Notes: a model not told the origin generated them from the letters alone. DNA of 64,000 nucleotides from an uncultured Pelagibacteraceae bacterium (GCA_902574685.1 CACGOO010000002.1:1909-65908); one strand, 5' to 3'. Numbered from the stretch's first letter, positions 9,048 to 18,475 are shown. A program made the numbers and translations.

Positions 9048-10472
9048 ATGAGTCAAGTAGAATTAAACATTGGTCCAAAAATAAAAGCTTTTAGAAGACA
9101 GCTGGGTATGCAGGCAAACAAACTAGCCTCACAACTTAACATTTCACCAAGTTATTTAGCTTTAATCGAGGGTGGTAAAAGAAAAATTGACGGGGAATTA
9201 CTTTTAAAAATTTGTGAGGAGTTAAGCATCAACATTAGCGATCTAACAAATAAATCAGATATCAATATGGTCAACACAATTTCAGAATTGCTTGATGATC
9301 AACTTTTTGAAGATTTGGATATAGTTGGTCCAGAAGTTAAAGATCTAGCAAATAGTAATCCAAAAATTGGTAAAGCTCTAATAAGATTAGGAGACATTTT
9401 GAAAAAAAAAGATCATGAATTGGTTAACAAAATTGAAAAACTTTCAGGAAAAATTGTTGATAATAGAAAAAACTCCTTTCCTGGAGAAGTAATTTCAGAT
9501 TTTTTACAAGAAAATAGAAATTTTTTTCCAAAACTAGAGGAATTTGCAAATCAAATCTTTGAACAAATAAAACAAAATAATAGAACAAGATATATTGCTT
9601 TATGTGATTATTTAAAATCAGAGTATAAAATTGAAGTACAAGATATAATTCCTGAGGAAGGAAAACCCTTTTCAAAAATTTATGATAACAAAAATAGAAA
9701 GTTGCTATTGTCTGATTATTTGTCTTTGGAAACAAAGAAATTACATGCTGCAGCTCAAATTGCACAAGAGGGGGCTAGTGACATAATAAATTCTTATCTT
9801 GATACTTTTAATTATCCAAATGAAGAATCGAAAAAATTAACAAAAGTTGCTTTATTAAATTATTGTGGTGCAGCAATTTTAATGCCCTACAAATTATTTC
9901 ATTATGAATGTAAAAAACTTAAATATGATTTAGAGTTATTGCAAAATACTTTTGCAACTTCGTTCGAACAAGTCACACATAGAGTAACATGTTTGAATGA
10001 TCCAAAATTACCTGGGGTTCCATTTCATTTTTTGAGAGTTGATGTAGCTGGTAATATTTCAAAAAGATTTTCATTGTCAGGTATAGAAATACCACGTTAT
10101 GGCGGTGCTTGTCCTCGATGGAATGTATATTCTGCTTTTTCTAGACCTGGTGTTATACAGGCTGCAGTAAGTAAAATGACTAATGGTGAAAAGTATGTAT
10201 GTATAGCAAGAACTGTTGAAAAAGGTATAGGAAGATATGGACAAAAAAAAAGTATGTTATCTATTGGACTTGGATGTGAAGCCAAATATGCAAGAGATTT
10301 TGTTTATACGGAAAACTTAGATTTGAATGATAAAAAATCAGAGATACCTGTAGGGGTTTCATGTAGAACTTGTGATAGACTGGATTGTTCTCAAAGAGCT
10401 TTTCCACCATTGCATAAAAAATTTGATGTAGACATTAATTCTAGAGGAGTATCTGTATATGTCAGTGATTAA
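9048..10472 (+). CDS. RamB/PrpR/PccR-type (ScfR family) short-chain acyl-CoA-responsive transcriptional regulator
   Basis: N-terminal XRE HTH (LNISPSYLALIEGGKR), RVDVAGNISKRFS, GGACPRW and C-terminal CRTCDRLDCSQRAFP; divergent from aceA. Confidence 0.92.
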   Translation: MSQVELNIGPKIKAFRRQLGMQANKLASQLNISPSYLALIEGGKRKIDGELLLKICEELSINISDLTNKSDINMVNTISELLDDQLFEDLDIVGPEVKDLANSNPKIGKALIRLGDILKKKDHELVNKIEKLSGKIVDNRKNSFPGEVISDFLQENRNFFPKLEEFANQIFEQIKQNNRTRYIALCDYLKSEYKIEVQDIIPEEGKPFSKIYDNKNRKLLLSDYLSLETKKLHAAAQIAQEGASDIINSYLDTFNYPNEESKKLTKVALLNYCGAAILMPYKLFHYECKKLKYDLELLQNTFATSFEQVTHRVTCLNDPKLPGVPFHFLRVDVAGNISKRFSLSGIEIPRYGGACPRWNVYSAFSRPGVIQAAVSKMTNGEKYVCIARTVEKGIGRYGQKKSMLSIGLGCEAKYARDFVYTENLDLNDKKSEIPVGVSCRTCDRLDCSQRAFPPLHKKFDVDINSRGVSVYVSD

Positions 10473-11007
10473 AAAATATGTAAGTTTTATAATTATATTT
10501 TTATTTGTAAGTACAAATAATGTGTATTCAGACAATTTAAATATATTGTTTAAAGAATTGCTTAATGCAAAAAATTTACAACAAGCAGAAAAGCTAGAGG
10601 ATCAAATTTGGAATAAATGGACAAGACACCCAAACAATGATTATCTGACGAACAAATTAGAGAACGGAACTTATTCCATGTACCATCAGCAGTATAGAAT
10701 GGCATTAAAACTATTTACAGATGTGATTAATGAAGACCCAAAATGGGCGGAGGGTTGGAATAAGAGAGCAACATTACTATTTATATTGGGGGATTATGAG
10801 AAATCGTTAGATGATATTGAAAAAGTTTTAGATCTAGAGCCAAGACATTTTGGAGCATTATCAGGACGAGCGCAAATATACTTAAGCTTAAAGGAATATG
10901 AAAAAGCAGTTGATGACTTGAGAAAAGCAAAATCTATTTATCCATTAATCAAAAGTGGGGAAAATATTAAGTTAATCGAAAAAATTATCAAAGACCAACA
11001 AATTTAA
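10459..11007 (+). CDS. Exported TPR-repeat protein
   Basis: Signal peptide; TPR pattern AEGWNKRAT...LEPRHFGALSG. Confidence 0.85.
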   Translation: MSVIKKYVSFIIIFLFVSTNNVYSDNLNILFKELLNAKNLQQAEKLEDQIWNKWTRHPNNDYLTNKLENGTYSMYHQQYRMALKLFTDVINEDPKWAEGWNKRATLLFILGDYEKSLDDIEKVLDLEPRHFGALSGRAQIYLSLKEYEKAVDDLRKAKSIYPLIKSGENIKLIEKIIKDQQI

Positions 11008-12194
11008 TTGTTCTTTGATCTTTTTTTTGCAATCAGCTGGGTTAATGAATCTACCATTAAATCTGAGGCTTTAAAAATTTCACTGGGTTTAAATTCATGT
11101 GAAATATTTTTTTCTTCATTTGTTTTATCTTCAATGACTATACCTTCATTTGGAGAATTATTTTTAATATAAATTAGTATTAACCACTCATCATCAATTG
11201 TCTCATCCCATTTTATAAATATCTCTCCGGTTTCGAATCTTCTGTCTATGCATCTTAAGATAGACATATGTTTAGTTATATATCTTTTGTTAAGTTGAAA
11301 AACTAAACTATTCGCACTTCTGTAAAAGCTTTCAAGTGCAAACTCAATTTTTTGCCTAGCTAAAGTATACTCCCTTTCTCTTTGAAGTAATTTTGCTCTA
11401 TCGTCTCCTTCTTGTGTTTCTACGCCTAACGCTTCAACTCGTTCTCTTATTTTCTGATCTCTTATTTGTTGATATTTTAATTTTAATTTTTCGATACGCT
11501 CTTGTAATCCTGAATAATCCTCTCTCTTTTCTCTTAAAGCTAATTTTTCTAGTTGTTCTAATTCTTTTACCTCTCTTATTCTAAACTTTTCTATTTGTTT
11601 TTCTAATTTTAATTCTTGCAAAAATTTCTTTTGTCTCTCCGCCTGCTCTTTTCTTAGTATGGCCTGCTCTTTTCTTAAAAATAATTTTATATCTTTTGCT
11701 CTTTCTCTTTCTAATTTTTGTTCTTGTTTTAGCTGAATTTCTTTTTCTTTTAGGAAGGCAGCTTCATCTGCTTTCTTCTGTTTTTCAATTTCAATTTTTT
11801 CTTTTTCTGCTTGCTCAATTTTCTCTAGTTTAATTTGTCTTTTTTCCTCAGCTCTTATCTCTTTAAAACGAATTAATCTTAATTCTATAGTTTGAAAAAA
11901 TTTTTGTATTATTTTATCAATCACTAGTAAATTAAAACTAAATTTGAAAGAAAACTTATTTTTTAAATCTTCCTCAAGTCTGACCGTTCTTGAAATAATA
12001 CCCTTTTCAGAACTTGTCTTTAACTTAACTTTTTTTATTTTTTTTTGCTGATTTGATCTTCTTGTTATTGTTTTCTTTAATTTAGATCTTTTTTTTTTTA
12101 ATTTTGATTTGATTTTTTTTTTTGATTTTTTAGCTTTTATTTTTAGACTTTTTTTTTTAGTTTTTTTTTTAGTTTTTTTTTTCTTTTTTTTCAT
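11004..12194 (-). CDS. Hypothetical protein: poly-Lys N-terminus, long E/K/R/Q-rich coiled coil, globular C-terminal domain
   Basis: 396-aa open frame with a compositionally tripartite sequence. Confidence 0.75.
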   Translation of the reverse strand: MKKKKKKTKKKTKKKSLKIKAKKSKKKIKSKLKKKRSKLKKTITRRSNQQKKIKKVKLKTSSEKGIISRTVRLEEDLKNKFSFKFSFNLLVIDKIIQKFFQTIELRLIRFKEIRAEEKRQIKLEKIEQAEKEKIEIEKQKKADEAAFLKEKEIQLKQEQKLERERAKDIKLFLRKEQAILRKEQAERQKKFLQELKLEKQIEKFRIREVKELEQLEKLALREKREDYSGLQERIEKLKLKYQQIRDQKIRERVEALGVETQEGDDRAKLLQREREYTLARQKIEFALESFYRSANSLVFQLNKRYITKHMSILRCIDRRFETGEIFIKWDETIDDEWLILIYIKNNSPNEGIVIEDKTNEEKNISHEFKPSEIFKASDLMVDSLTQLIAKKRSKNN

Positions 12195-12223
12195 TTAAGA
12201 AATACAGCTTTATCAGCTAATTT

Positions 12224-13411
12224 TTAATAAATATAGTCTCTAGTATTAGGAACAGATCTTATATCTTTAGTTAGCTGAAGTTGAAATACAACTTGATCTC
12301 CCCATTTAAAAGCCATTTCACAACTTGTAAGATAAAATTCCCACATCCTTAAAAATTTTTCATCAAACATTTCTAAAACTTCTTCTTTTTTTGATAAAAA
12401 TCTTTCTTTCCAGTTTCTTAAAGTGTGGGCATAGTGCATCCTTAAAATCTCTATATCTGTCGCTATCAGTCCAGAATCCTCTATTGGCCTCGCTATTTCG
12501 CTCAAACTAGGGGTATATCCGCCGGGAAATATATATTTTGTTATCCAAGGCTGTGGGTCTCTAGGTGGAAGATTTGATCCAATTGTATGTATCAAAGCTA
12601 CTCCATCCTTTTTTAACATTTGAGATACTCTATTAAAATAGGTTTGATAGAATTTTTTGCCAACATGTTCAAACATTCCAACACTGACTATCCTATCAAA
12701 TTTTTCATTCAATTGTCTGTAATCTATTAATTTAAATTCAACTTGATTATCTAAATTTAATTCTTTAGCTTTTTCTTGACTGTATTTTAATTGATTTTCT
12801 GAAAGTGTAATTCCAGTAACCGAAGCTTTTGTTTTTTTTGCAATGTCAATTGCAAGTGTTCCCCAACCAGATCCAATATCTAAAACTTTTTGGTTAGGCT
12901 GTATGTGAAGTTTTTTTATTATGTGATCAATTTTATTTTCTTGAGCAGTTTCCAAGGTATCATTCTCATTTTTGAAGTATGCACATGAATATTGTCTTTT
13001 TTTATCAAGAAACAAATCATATAATTTTTCTGAAATATCATAATGGTGTGCAACATTTTGTTTAGATTTAACAATTTTATTAAAACTTGTTAAATATTTT
13101 AAAGTTCCCTTTATTTTATTTAATATCTTTCCATAAATATTAATATCTGCTCTTCCAATATTTTTAAAAGCTATATCAAGAAATTCCGTCAAGGTTCCAT
13201 TTTTTAATCTTAAAGAGCCATTGGTATATGCTTCACCAAAATATAAATCAGGATGGAAAAGTAATTTTTTATGCAAACTTTTGTCTAACAATTGTAATTC
13301 TATAGGAATTTCTTTCAAAGGCTTTCCTATAACATATCTGTTAGAATTATAATCTATTAAGATAAAGCCATCTTCTTTGAATAAATCATTTAAAAAATTT
13401 ATAAGTTTCAT
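12224..13411 (-). CDS. cfa: Cyclopropane-fatty-acyl-phospholipid synthase
   Basis: NVAHHYD, YSCAYF, VLDIGSGWG, VSVGMFEHVG and KYIFPGG motifs. Confidence 0.93.
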   Translation of the reverse strand: MKLINFLNDLFKEDGFILIDYNSNRYVIGKPLKEIPIELQLLDKSLHKKLLFHPDLYFGEAYTNGSLRLKNGTLTEFLDIAFKNIGRADINIYGKILNKIKGTLKYLTSFNKIVKSKQNVAHHYDISEKLYDLFLDKKRQYSCAYFKNENDTLETAQENKIDHIIKKLHIQPNQKVLDIGSGWGTLAIDIAKKTKASVTGITLSENQLKYSQEKAKELNLDNQVEFKLIDYRQLNEKFDRIVSVGMFEHVGKKFYQTYFNRVSQMLKKDGVALIHTIGSNLPPRDPQPWITKYIFPGGYTPSLSEIARPIEDSGLIATDIEILRMHYAHTLRNWKERFLSKKEEVLEMFDEKFLRMWEFYLTSCEMAFKWGDQVVFQLQLTKDIRSVPNTRDYIY

Positions 13412-14289
13412 TATGCTGCTTTTAAGTGCTTAAAGTCAAAATCAAGCTTTTGAAATTCATCAAAAAATATTTTTTTTTCGTTTTCATTTAATAACTTCAA
13501 TGGTGGAATTAAATTCTGGTAGTCCTGATCAATTTGCGCCATAAAAGTATGTAATCCAGAGATTAAATTAAATTTATCGAAAATGCTTCTTACTAAACAC
13601 AACTTTTCGTTTGAAGATTGATCTGATCCATTTTGAAATTTATCGTAAACATCTCTTGCTAAAACTGAAGTAACATTTGTTGTTGCTGTAATTATTCCAG
13701 AGCAACCTAATTCAAGTCCTTTCAATAATTTTGACTCTGAACCTGGCATTACTGAAAAATTATCTATTTTCAAATTTTCATACAAGTTATAAGAACTGTC
13801 TTTTACTCCAACTATTTGACTTGGAAATTTTTTTACTAGCTCTTCAACACAATCAATACTAAATTTATATCCTGAGAGTTTTTCGAAATTATATAAAATT
13901 ATTTTACATTCATTAATTTCATCTATTATTCTTGAGTAAAAATTAATCACATCGTGATCACTATACTTATAATAGGCAGGGGGCATAATTAAAAATTTAT
14001 TAAACCCATTTGATTTGGCTATTTTTATCAAATTAATATTGTCAACTAGCGAATTAAGACCAGTTCCAATTATAAATTTATCCCTATAATTACTTTTTGG
14101 TAACAAATTGATTAATTGAATTTTTTCCGAAAGAGATATGAGTTGTGATTGTCCAGTACTTCCAAAAAAAACTACTCCATGGCAACCTTTGTCGATTAGA
14201 TTTTCAGCATATTTAATCGTTTTTTCACTATTTAACGCCAGATTTTTATCTAATACTGACAATGTAGCTGCATATATTCCATTAATCAT
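13411..14289 (-). CDS. DapA/N-acetylneuraminate-lyase family aldolase, substrate unknown
   Basis: GSTGQ motif, PPAYYK, ILYN and Schiff-base lysine in GVKDSS. Confidence 0.85.
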   Translation of the reverse strand: MINGIYAATLSVLDKNLALNSEKTIKYAENLIDKGCHGVVFFGSTGQSQLISLSEKIQLINLLPKSNYRDKFIIGTGLNSLVDNINLIKIAKSNGFNKFLIMPPAYYKYSDHDVINFYSRIIDEINECKIILYNFEKLSGYKFSIDCVEELVKKFPSQIVGVKDSSYNLYENLKIDNFSVMPGSESKLLKGLELGCSGIITATTNVTSVLARDVYDKFQNGSDQSSNEKLCLVRSIFDKFNLISGLHTFMAQIDQDYQNLIPPLKLLNENEKKIFFDEFQKLDFDFKHLKAA

Positions 14290-14362
14290 AACTTAATTAT
14301 ATGACTATAATTATAGAATAGATTTAAGAAAAAAATAATAAAAAAATATATTCTAAATACTT

Positions 14363-15298
14363 ATGAAAGTTTGTGTTTATCTTAGCTATATAGGTCTTGG
14401 AGCAAATTTGTTACATCTAAGTTATGTGCATCAGTTATCTGAAAAGTTTGGACCTATAACAGTTTCTACGTTATGCAAGAATTTGTCGGATGCATTAGAG
14501 GATGATCCTAAAATTAAAGAAGTCATAGTAATAGATAAAAAATATAATAAATTTAAGAATATATTTAGTTTTTCATCGGAATTAAAAAAATACAATTTTG
14601 ATAAAATATTTATTTATTATCCAAGTCCTAGAATATTCATCGCGTGTAAGTTGGCTGGAATAAAAGATATTTATCACTATCCTTTATTTAAAAAGAAAAA
14701 TCTTCATTTAATCAACGCAGCACAAAAGTTTACTGCGAGTGTATTAAACATAGAGAAATGTCAAACATACACAAAAATTCACATAAATGAAAAAAAACTT
14801 AAAAGTGTCTCAACTTATTTTGATAAATCAAAATTTAACATTGTAATAGGAGCTGGATCTTCAGGTCCAACAACAAAATGGGGCACTGATAATTACTCAA
14901 ATCTAATAAATGAGTTAAATAAACTAAATAAATTTAATTTTTTTATTTTGTGTGGTCCTAATGAAAAATTAATTGCTCAAGAAATAATGGATAAGGTTGA
15001 AGGAGATAATATTACAGATCTAAGTAACAAAAATATCTCAGAAGTAATACCTTTTATAGCTTCTGCAGATATGTATGTGGGGAATGATTCATTTGGTTCA
15101 CATATTTCATCACAATCTGGCAAACCAAGCCTTGTGATTTTATTGGACTCACCAAAAGCATATACGGATTATACTCCTAATCATATTAGAATTATTCCTG
15201 AAGGATATGATGTTAATAATATTACACACGGAAGTGAAATTGATCCAAATTTAATAAAGGTCGAACAAGTGTACAAATCAATACTAAGTTATACTTAA
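14363..15298 (+). CDS. GT9-family (heptosyltransferase-like) glycosyltransferase
   Basis: TKWG, LCGPNE, DLS and YVGNDS...H motifs typical of GT9. Confidence 0.8.
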   Translation: MKVCVYLSYIGLGANLLHLSYVHQLSEKFGPITVSTLCKNLSDALEDDPKIKEVIVIDKKYNKFKNIFSFSSELKKYNFDKIFIYYPSPRIFIACKLAGIKDIYHYPLFKKKNLHLINAAQKFTASVLNIEKCQTYTKIHINEKKLKSVSTYFDKSKFNIVIGAGSSGPTTKWGTDNYSNLINELNKLNKFNFFILCGPNEKLIAQEIMDKVEGDNITDLSNKNISEVIPFIASADMYVGNDSFGSHISSQSGKPSLVILLDSPKAYTDYTPNHIRIIPEGYDVNNITHGSEIDPNLIKVEQVYKSILSYT

Positions 15299-15804
15299 AC
15301 AACCGATTTTAAGACTGTGTCTTTGGCTTGGTTCACTAAAGTAGCAATATTATTTAATTCTGGACTTCTATCTGGATGAATTTTTTTCATAATTTTTTTA
15401 TAAGAATTCATCACTTCATCTTTTGTATATTTTTTTTTGGGATCTAAATTTAAAATTCTATATGCTTCATCTAAACTCATATTCTGAGATGACATATTTT
15501 GATTAAATTGATTAAAATTAAATCTGCCAGAATTTTTTAAAACTCTAAAAAGTCCCCATAATCTAAATAGCTGAAATAAAGAAATACCTGCTTTCGTTTT
15601 AATTAAAGGCAAAATAGCCAACATAAATGGTAAGGAAAATATATATCTTCCTGCATATGCCATTATTACCGCTAACAATATTGAAGAAATTATAATAAAT
15701 GTTCTTACAAATTTTGATATTTTTTTTGTTGAGGTTTTGGCAAACCAATTGAGTAAAATATAAAGAATTATAAAGATTATTAGTATTGCAAAAAAAATAT
15801 TCAT
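15295..15804 (-). CDS. Membrane-anchored J-domain protein (TimB / Pam18-like)
   Basis: N-terminal TM helices; C-terminal MSLDEAYRILNL...IHPDR...VNQAKD truncated J domain. Confidence 0.8.
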   Translation of the reverse strand: MNIFFAILIIFIILYILLNWFAKTSTKKISKFVRTFIIISSILLAVIMAYAGRYIFSLPFMLAILPLIKTKAGISLFQLFRLWGLFRVLKNSGRFNFNQFNQNMSSQNMSLDEAYRILNLDPKKKYTKDEVMNSYKKIMKKIHPDRSPELNNIATLVNQAKDTVLKSVV

Positions 15805-15821
15805 AAATTAATTAAATTTAA

Positions 15822-17903
15822 ATGAAAATACCACAGCTTAAAAAAAAACCAGAATTAAAATCTTGTCACAACGTAACCTGGGAAGACAATTATAGTTGGA
15901 TACATCAAGAAAATATACTCGAAGTATTGAAAGATAGTTCAAAATTGTTACCAGAGGTGAGAAAATATCTTGAAGATGAAAATGATTATTTTAGTCATCA
16001 AATGTCAGATACAAAAGAAATTCAAAAAGTTTTATTCGATGAGATTAAAGGAAGAATTAAACTTGATGATGAGTCTCTTCCGTTTAAGGATGTAAGATAC
16101 AGTTACTGGACAAAAACAACAACAAAAGGAAATTATTCTATAAAGTTAAGAAAAAAAATTGATTCAGAAGAAATAGAAGAAATTTGGAATGGCGATTTAG
16201 AAAAAGAAAAGCTTAAAACAGAATATTTTGGGCTTGGAGACTTAGAAGTTAGCTATAATGATAAATTACTAGCTTATTCATTAGATTTAAAAGGATCTGA
16301 ATATTATACCATACATATAAGAGATATTAAAAGTCGAGAGCAAGTTGGCGAAAAAATTGAAAATACTAGTGGTGGAATAACATTTAGCTTAGATGACAAA
16401 TATATTTTTTACTCAAAACTTGATGACAATCACAGACCGAGAGAAATTTACAGGCATGAAATTGGAACTCCTACTATTAAAGATATTCTTATTTTTAAAG
16501 AAGAAAGTGAAGCATTTACTGTAGGAATAGGTCTTAGCTCTGATGAAAAATATTTTTTTATTACTTCATCTGATCATAATACCTCGGAACAGTATTATTT
16601 TAAAGCAGATGAAATAATTCCCAAACCAAAAATAATTGATAAAAGAAAAAGAGGGATAATATATTCTGTTAATTCATGGAATGGTAATTTTTACAAGCAT
16701 ACAAATGAAGATGCGGAAGATTTTAAGATTGAAAAAACAAATGATTTAGAAAGAAAGGAATGGGAAACATTTATACCTGCACGAGAAGAGGTTTTAATTG
16801 GTGGATTAATTTTCTTAAATAATTGGATTATAAGATCTGAAACTTCTAATGCATTATCGAAATTAATATTAAGAAATCCAAAAAATAATGAAGAAGAAGA
16901 AATATTTTTTTCAGATGAAAAAGTTATAGTACCTGGTGTTTCGTTAACCCAAAGAAATAGAAATACTGATACCGTTTATTTATCATATTCATCACCAAAA
17001 ACTCCTGGAAAGACTTACCTATACAATCTTAAAACAAAGGAGAAAAAATTAGTTAAAGAACAAGAGATTCCTAGTGGCCACAATTCTGATGACTACATAG
17101 TTGAAAGATTAGAGTGTGCCTCTCATGATGGAAGAATGGTTCCTATTACCATAACAAGACATAAAAAAACTAAATTAGATGGATCTGCAAAGTTATTATT
17201 ATATGGATACGGATCATACGGAAGTTCTATGTCACCAAGTTTTTCCTCAACCAGAATAAGTTTAATTGAGCGAGATATTATATGGGTAACTTCTCATATT
17301 AGAGGTGGTATGGAAAAAGGAATGAAATGGTGGAAAGAGGGAAAATTATTAAACAAGAAAAATACATTTGAAGATTACATTGCTTCTGCAAAATTTTTAA
17401 TTGAAAAAAAGTTTACGTCTAAAGGTAATATTATTGGAATGGGTGGATCTGCTGGAGGTCTTTTAATGGGAGCCGTTGTTAACCAAGCGCCTGATTTATT
17501 TTTGGGTATTGTTATGGCTGTTCCTTTCGTTGACTCGTTGACCACGAACTTAGACCATTCGTTACCATTAACAGTCGGCGAATTTGATGAATTTGGAAAT
17601 GCTAAAGATAAAAAAGAACACTTTGATTACATATTTTCATATGCACCTTATAACAATATTAAAAAGATGGATTACCCGAACATTTTGATAACAACAAGTC
17701 TAAGTGATAACAGGGTATTATTTGATGAACCAGCAAAATTTACTGCAAAATTAAGGGATTACAAAACGGATAACAATTTACTTTTATTAAAAACAGAAAT
17801 GAATGCAGGTCATGGAGGAAAATCTGGAAGAGATGGAGCAATTGAGGAGATTGCAGTTGACTACGCATTCGCTTTGAAAATAGCTGGAAAATTAAAAACT
17901 TGA
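15822..17903 (+). CDS. ptrB: Oligopeptidase B (S9 family)
   Basis: GGSAGG catalytic Ser, DNRV Asp and AGHGG His; LLYGYGSYG. Confidence 0.93.
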   Translation: MKIPQLKKKPELKSCHNVTWEDNYSWIHQENILEVLKDSSKLLPEVRKYLEDENDYFSHQMSDTKEIQKVLFDEIKGRIKLDDESLPFKDVRYSYWTKTTTKGNYSIKLRKKIDSEEIEEIWNGDLEKEKLKTEYFGLGDLEVSYNDKLLAYSLDLKGSEYYTIHIRDIKSREQVGEKIENTSGGITFSLDDKYIFYSKLDDNHRPREIYRHEIGTPTIKDILIFKEESEAFTVGIGLSSDEKYFFITSSDHNTSEQYYFKADEIIPKPKIIDKRKRGIIYSVNSWNGNFYKHTNEDAEDFKIEKTNDLERKEWETFIPAREEVLIGGLIFLNNWIIRSETSNALSKLILRNPKNNEEEEIFFSDEKVIVPGVSLTQRNRNTDTVYLSYSSPKTPGKTYLYNLKTKEKKLVKEQEIPSGHNSDDYIVERLECASHDGRMVPITITRHKKTKLDGSAKLLLYGYGSYGSSMSPSFSSTRISLIERDIIWVTSHIRGGMEKGMKWWKEGKLLNKKNTFEDYIASAKFLIEKKFTSKGNIIGMGGSAGGLLMGAVVNQAPDLFLGIVMAVPFVDSLTTNLDHSLPLTVGEFDEFGNAKDKKEHFDYIFSYAPYNNIKKMDYPNILITTSLSDNRVLFDEPAKFTAKLRDYKTDNNLLLLKTEMNAGHGGKSGRDGAIEEIAVDYAFALKIAGKLKT

Positions 17904-17904
17904 T

Positions 17905-17932
17905 CTTGAAATATCAAAATTAATTACCATAT
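17905..17932 (+). promoter_or_regulatory. Sigma32 (RpoH)-type promoter of ibpA
   Basis: CTTGAA-N16-CCATAT directly upstream of a small heat-shock gene. Confidence 0.8.
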
Positions 17933-17940
17933 ATACCAAG

Positions 17941-17999
17941 TTAGTCGCCTAATGGGGCTAGCAATAAATAAACTTGCTTAATTAAAGGAGGATAATATG
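17941..17999 (+). promoter_or_regulatory. ROSE-like RNA thermometer in the ibpA 5' UTR
   Basis: 5' hairpin at 17942-17960; 3' hairpin in which CUUGCUU (17973-17979) pairs with AAGGAG (17985-17990) leaving a bulged G. Confidence 0.7.
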
Positions 18000-18443
18000 A
18001 CAAGTAAGGATCTATCAATTTTCAACTCACTTCGGCCTTTCTCAATTGGTTTTGACGATATGTTTGACCAATTCGAAAGCATGTTGGGCAATGGTGGTTT
18101 AAGTATGCAATCAAACTACCCGCCGTACAACATAAGAAGGACTGGCAAAGATAACTACTCAATTGAAGTTGCTTTAGCTGGTTTTAGCAAAAAAGATGTT
18201 GAGGTAGAGTTTGAAGATAATCTATTAACTGTAAGAACTAAACAAGTTGATAGAAGTGAAAATAAAAACCAAGATGGAGAGATAATCCACAAAGGTATAT
18301 CGCAAAGACAATTTGCGAGATCATTTACAATTGCTGATGATGTAAAAGTGAATGGTGCAGAGTTAAAAGATGGTCTTTTAACAATTGCATGTGAAAGGAT
18401 TATTCCAGACCATAAAAAAAAGAAACTTATTGAAATTAAATAA
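17997..18443 (+). CDS. ibpA: Small heat-shock protein (Hsp20)
   Basis: IGFD, NYPPYNI, IEVALAGF, HKGISQRQFARSF and LKDGLL motifs. Confidence 0.95.
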   Translation: MTSKDLSIFNSLRPFSIGFDDMFDQFESMLGNGGLSMQSNYPPYNIRRTGKDNYSIEVALAGFSKKDVEVEFEDNLLTVRTKQVDRSENKNQDGEIIHKGISQRQFARSFTIADDVKVNGAELKDGLLTIACERIIPDHKKKKLIEIK

Positions 18444-18451
18444 GTGCCTTG

Positions 18452-18474
18452 CTTGTGGGGCTAGTCCCCACAAG
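18452..18474. terminator. GC-rich hairpin between convergent genes, probable terminator
   Basis: Perfect 9-bp inverted repeat CTTGTGGGG-CTAGT-CCCCACAAG; no clear U tail. Confidence 0.7.
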
Positions 18475-18475
18475 A

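Noticed and set aside
13411-14289. Calling this gene dapA
   Set aside because: The GSTGQ and YNFEK variants and the gene context suggest a paralogue of unknown substrate, so no symbol was assigned.
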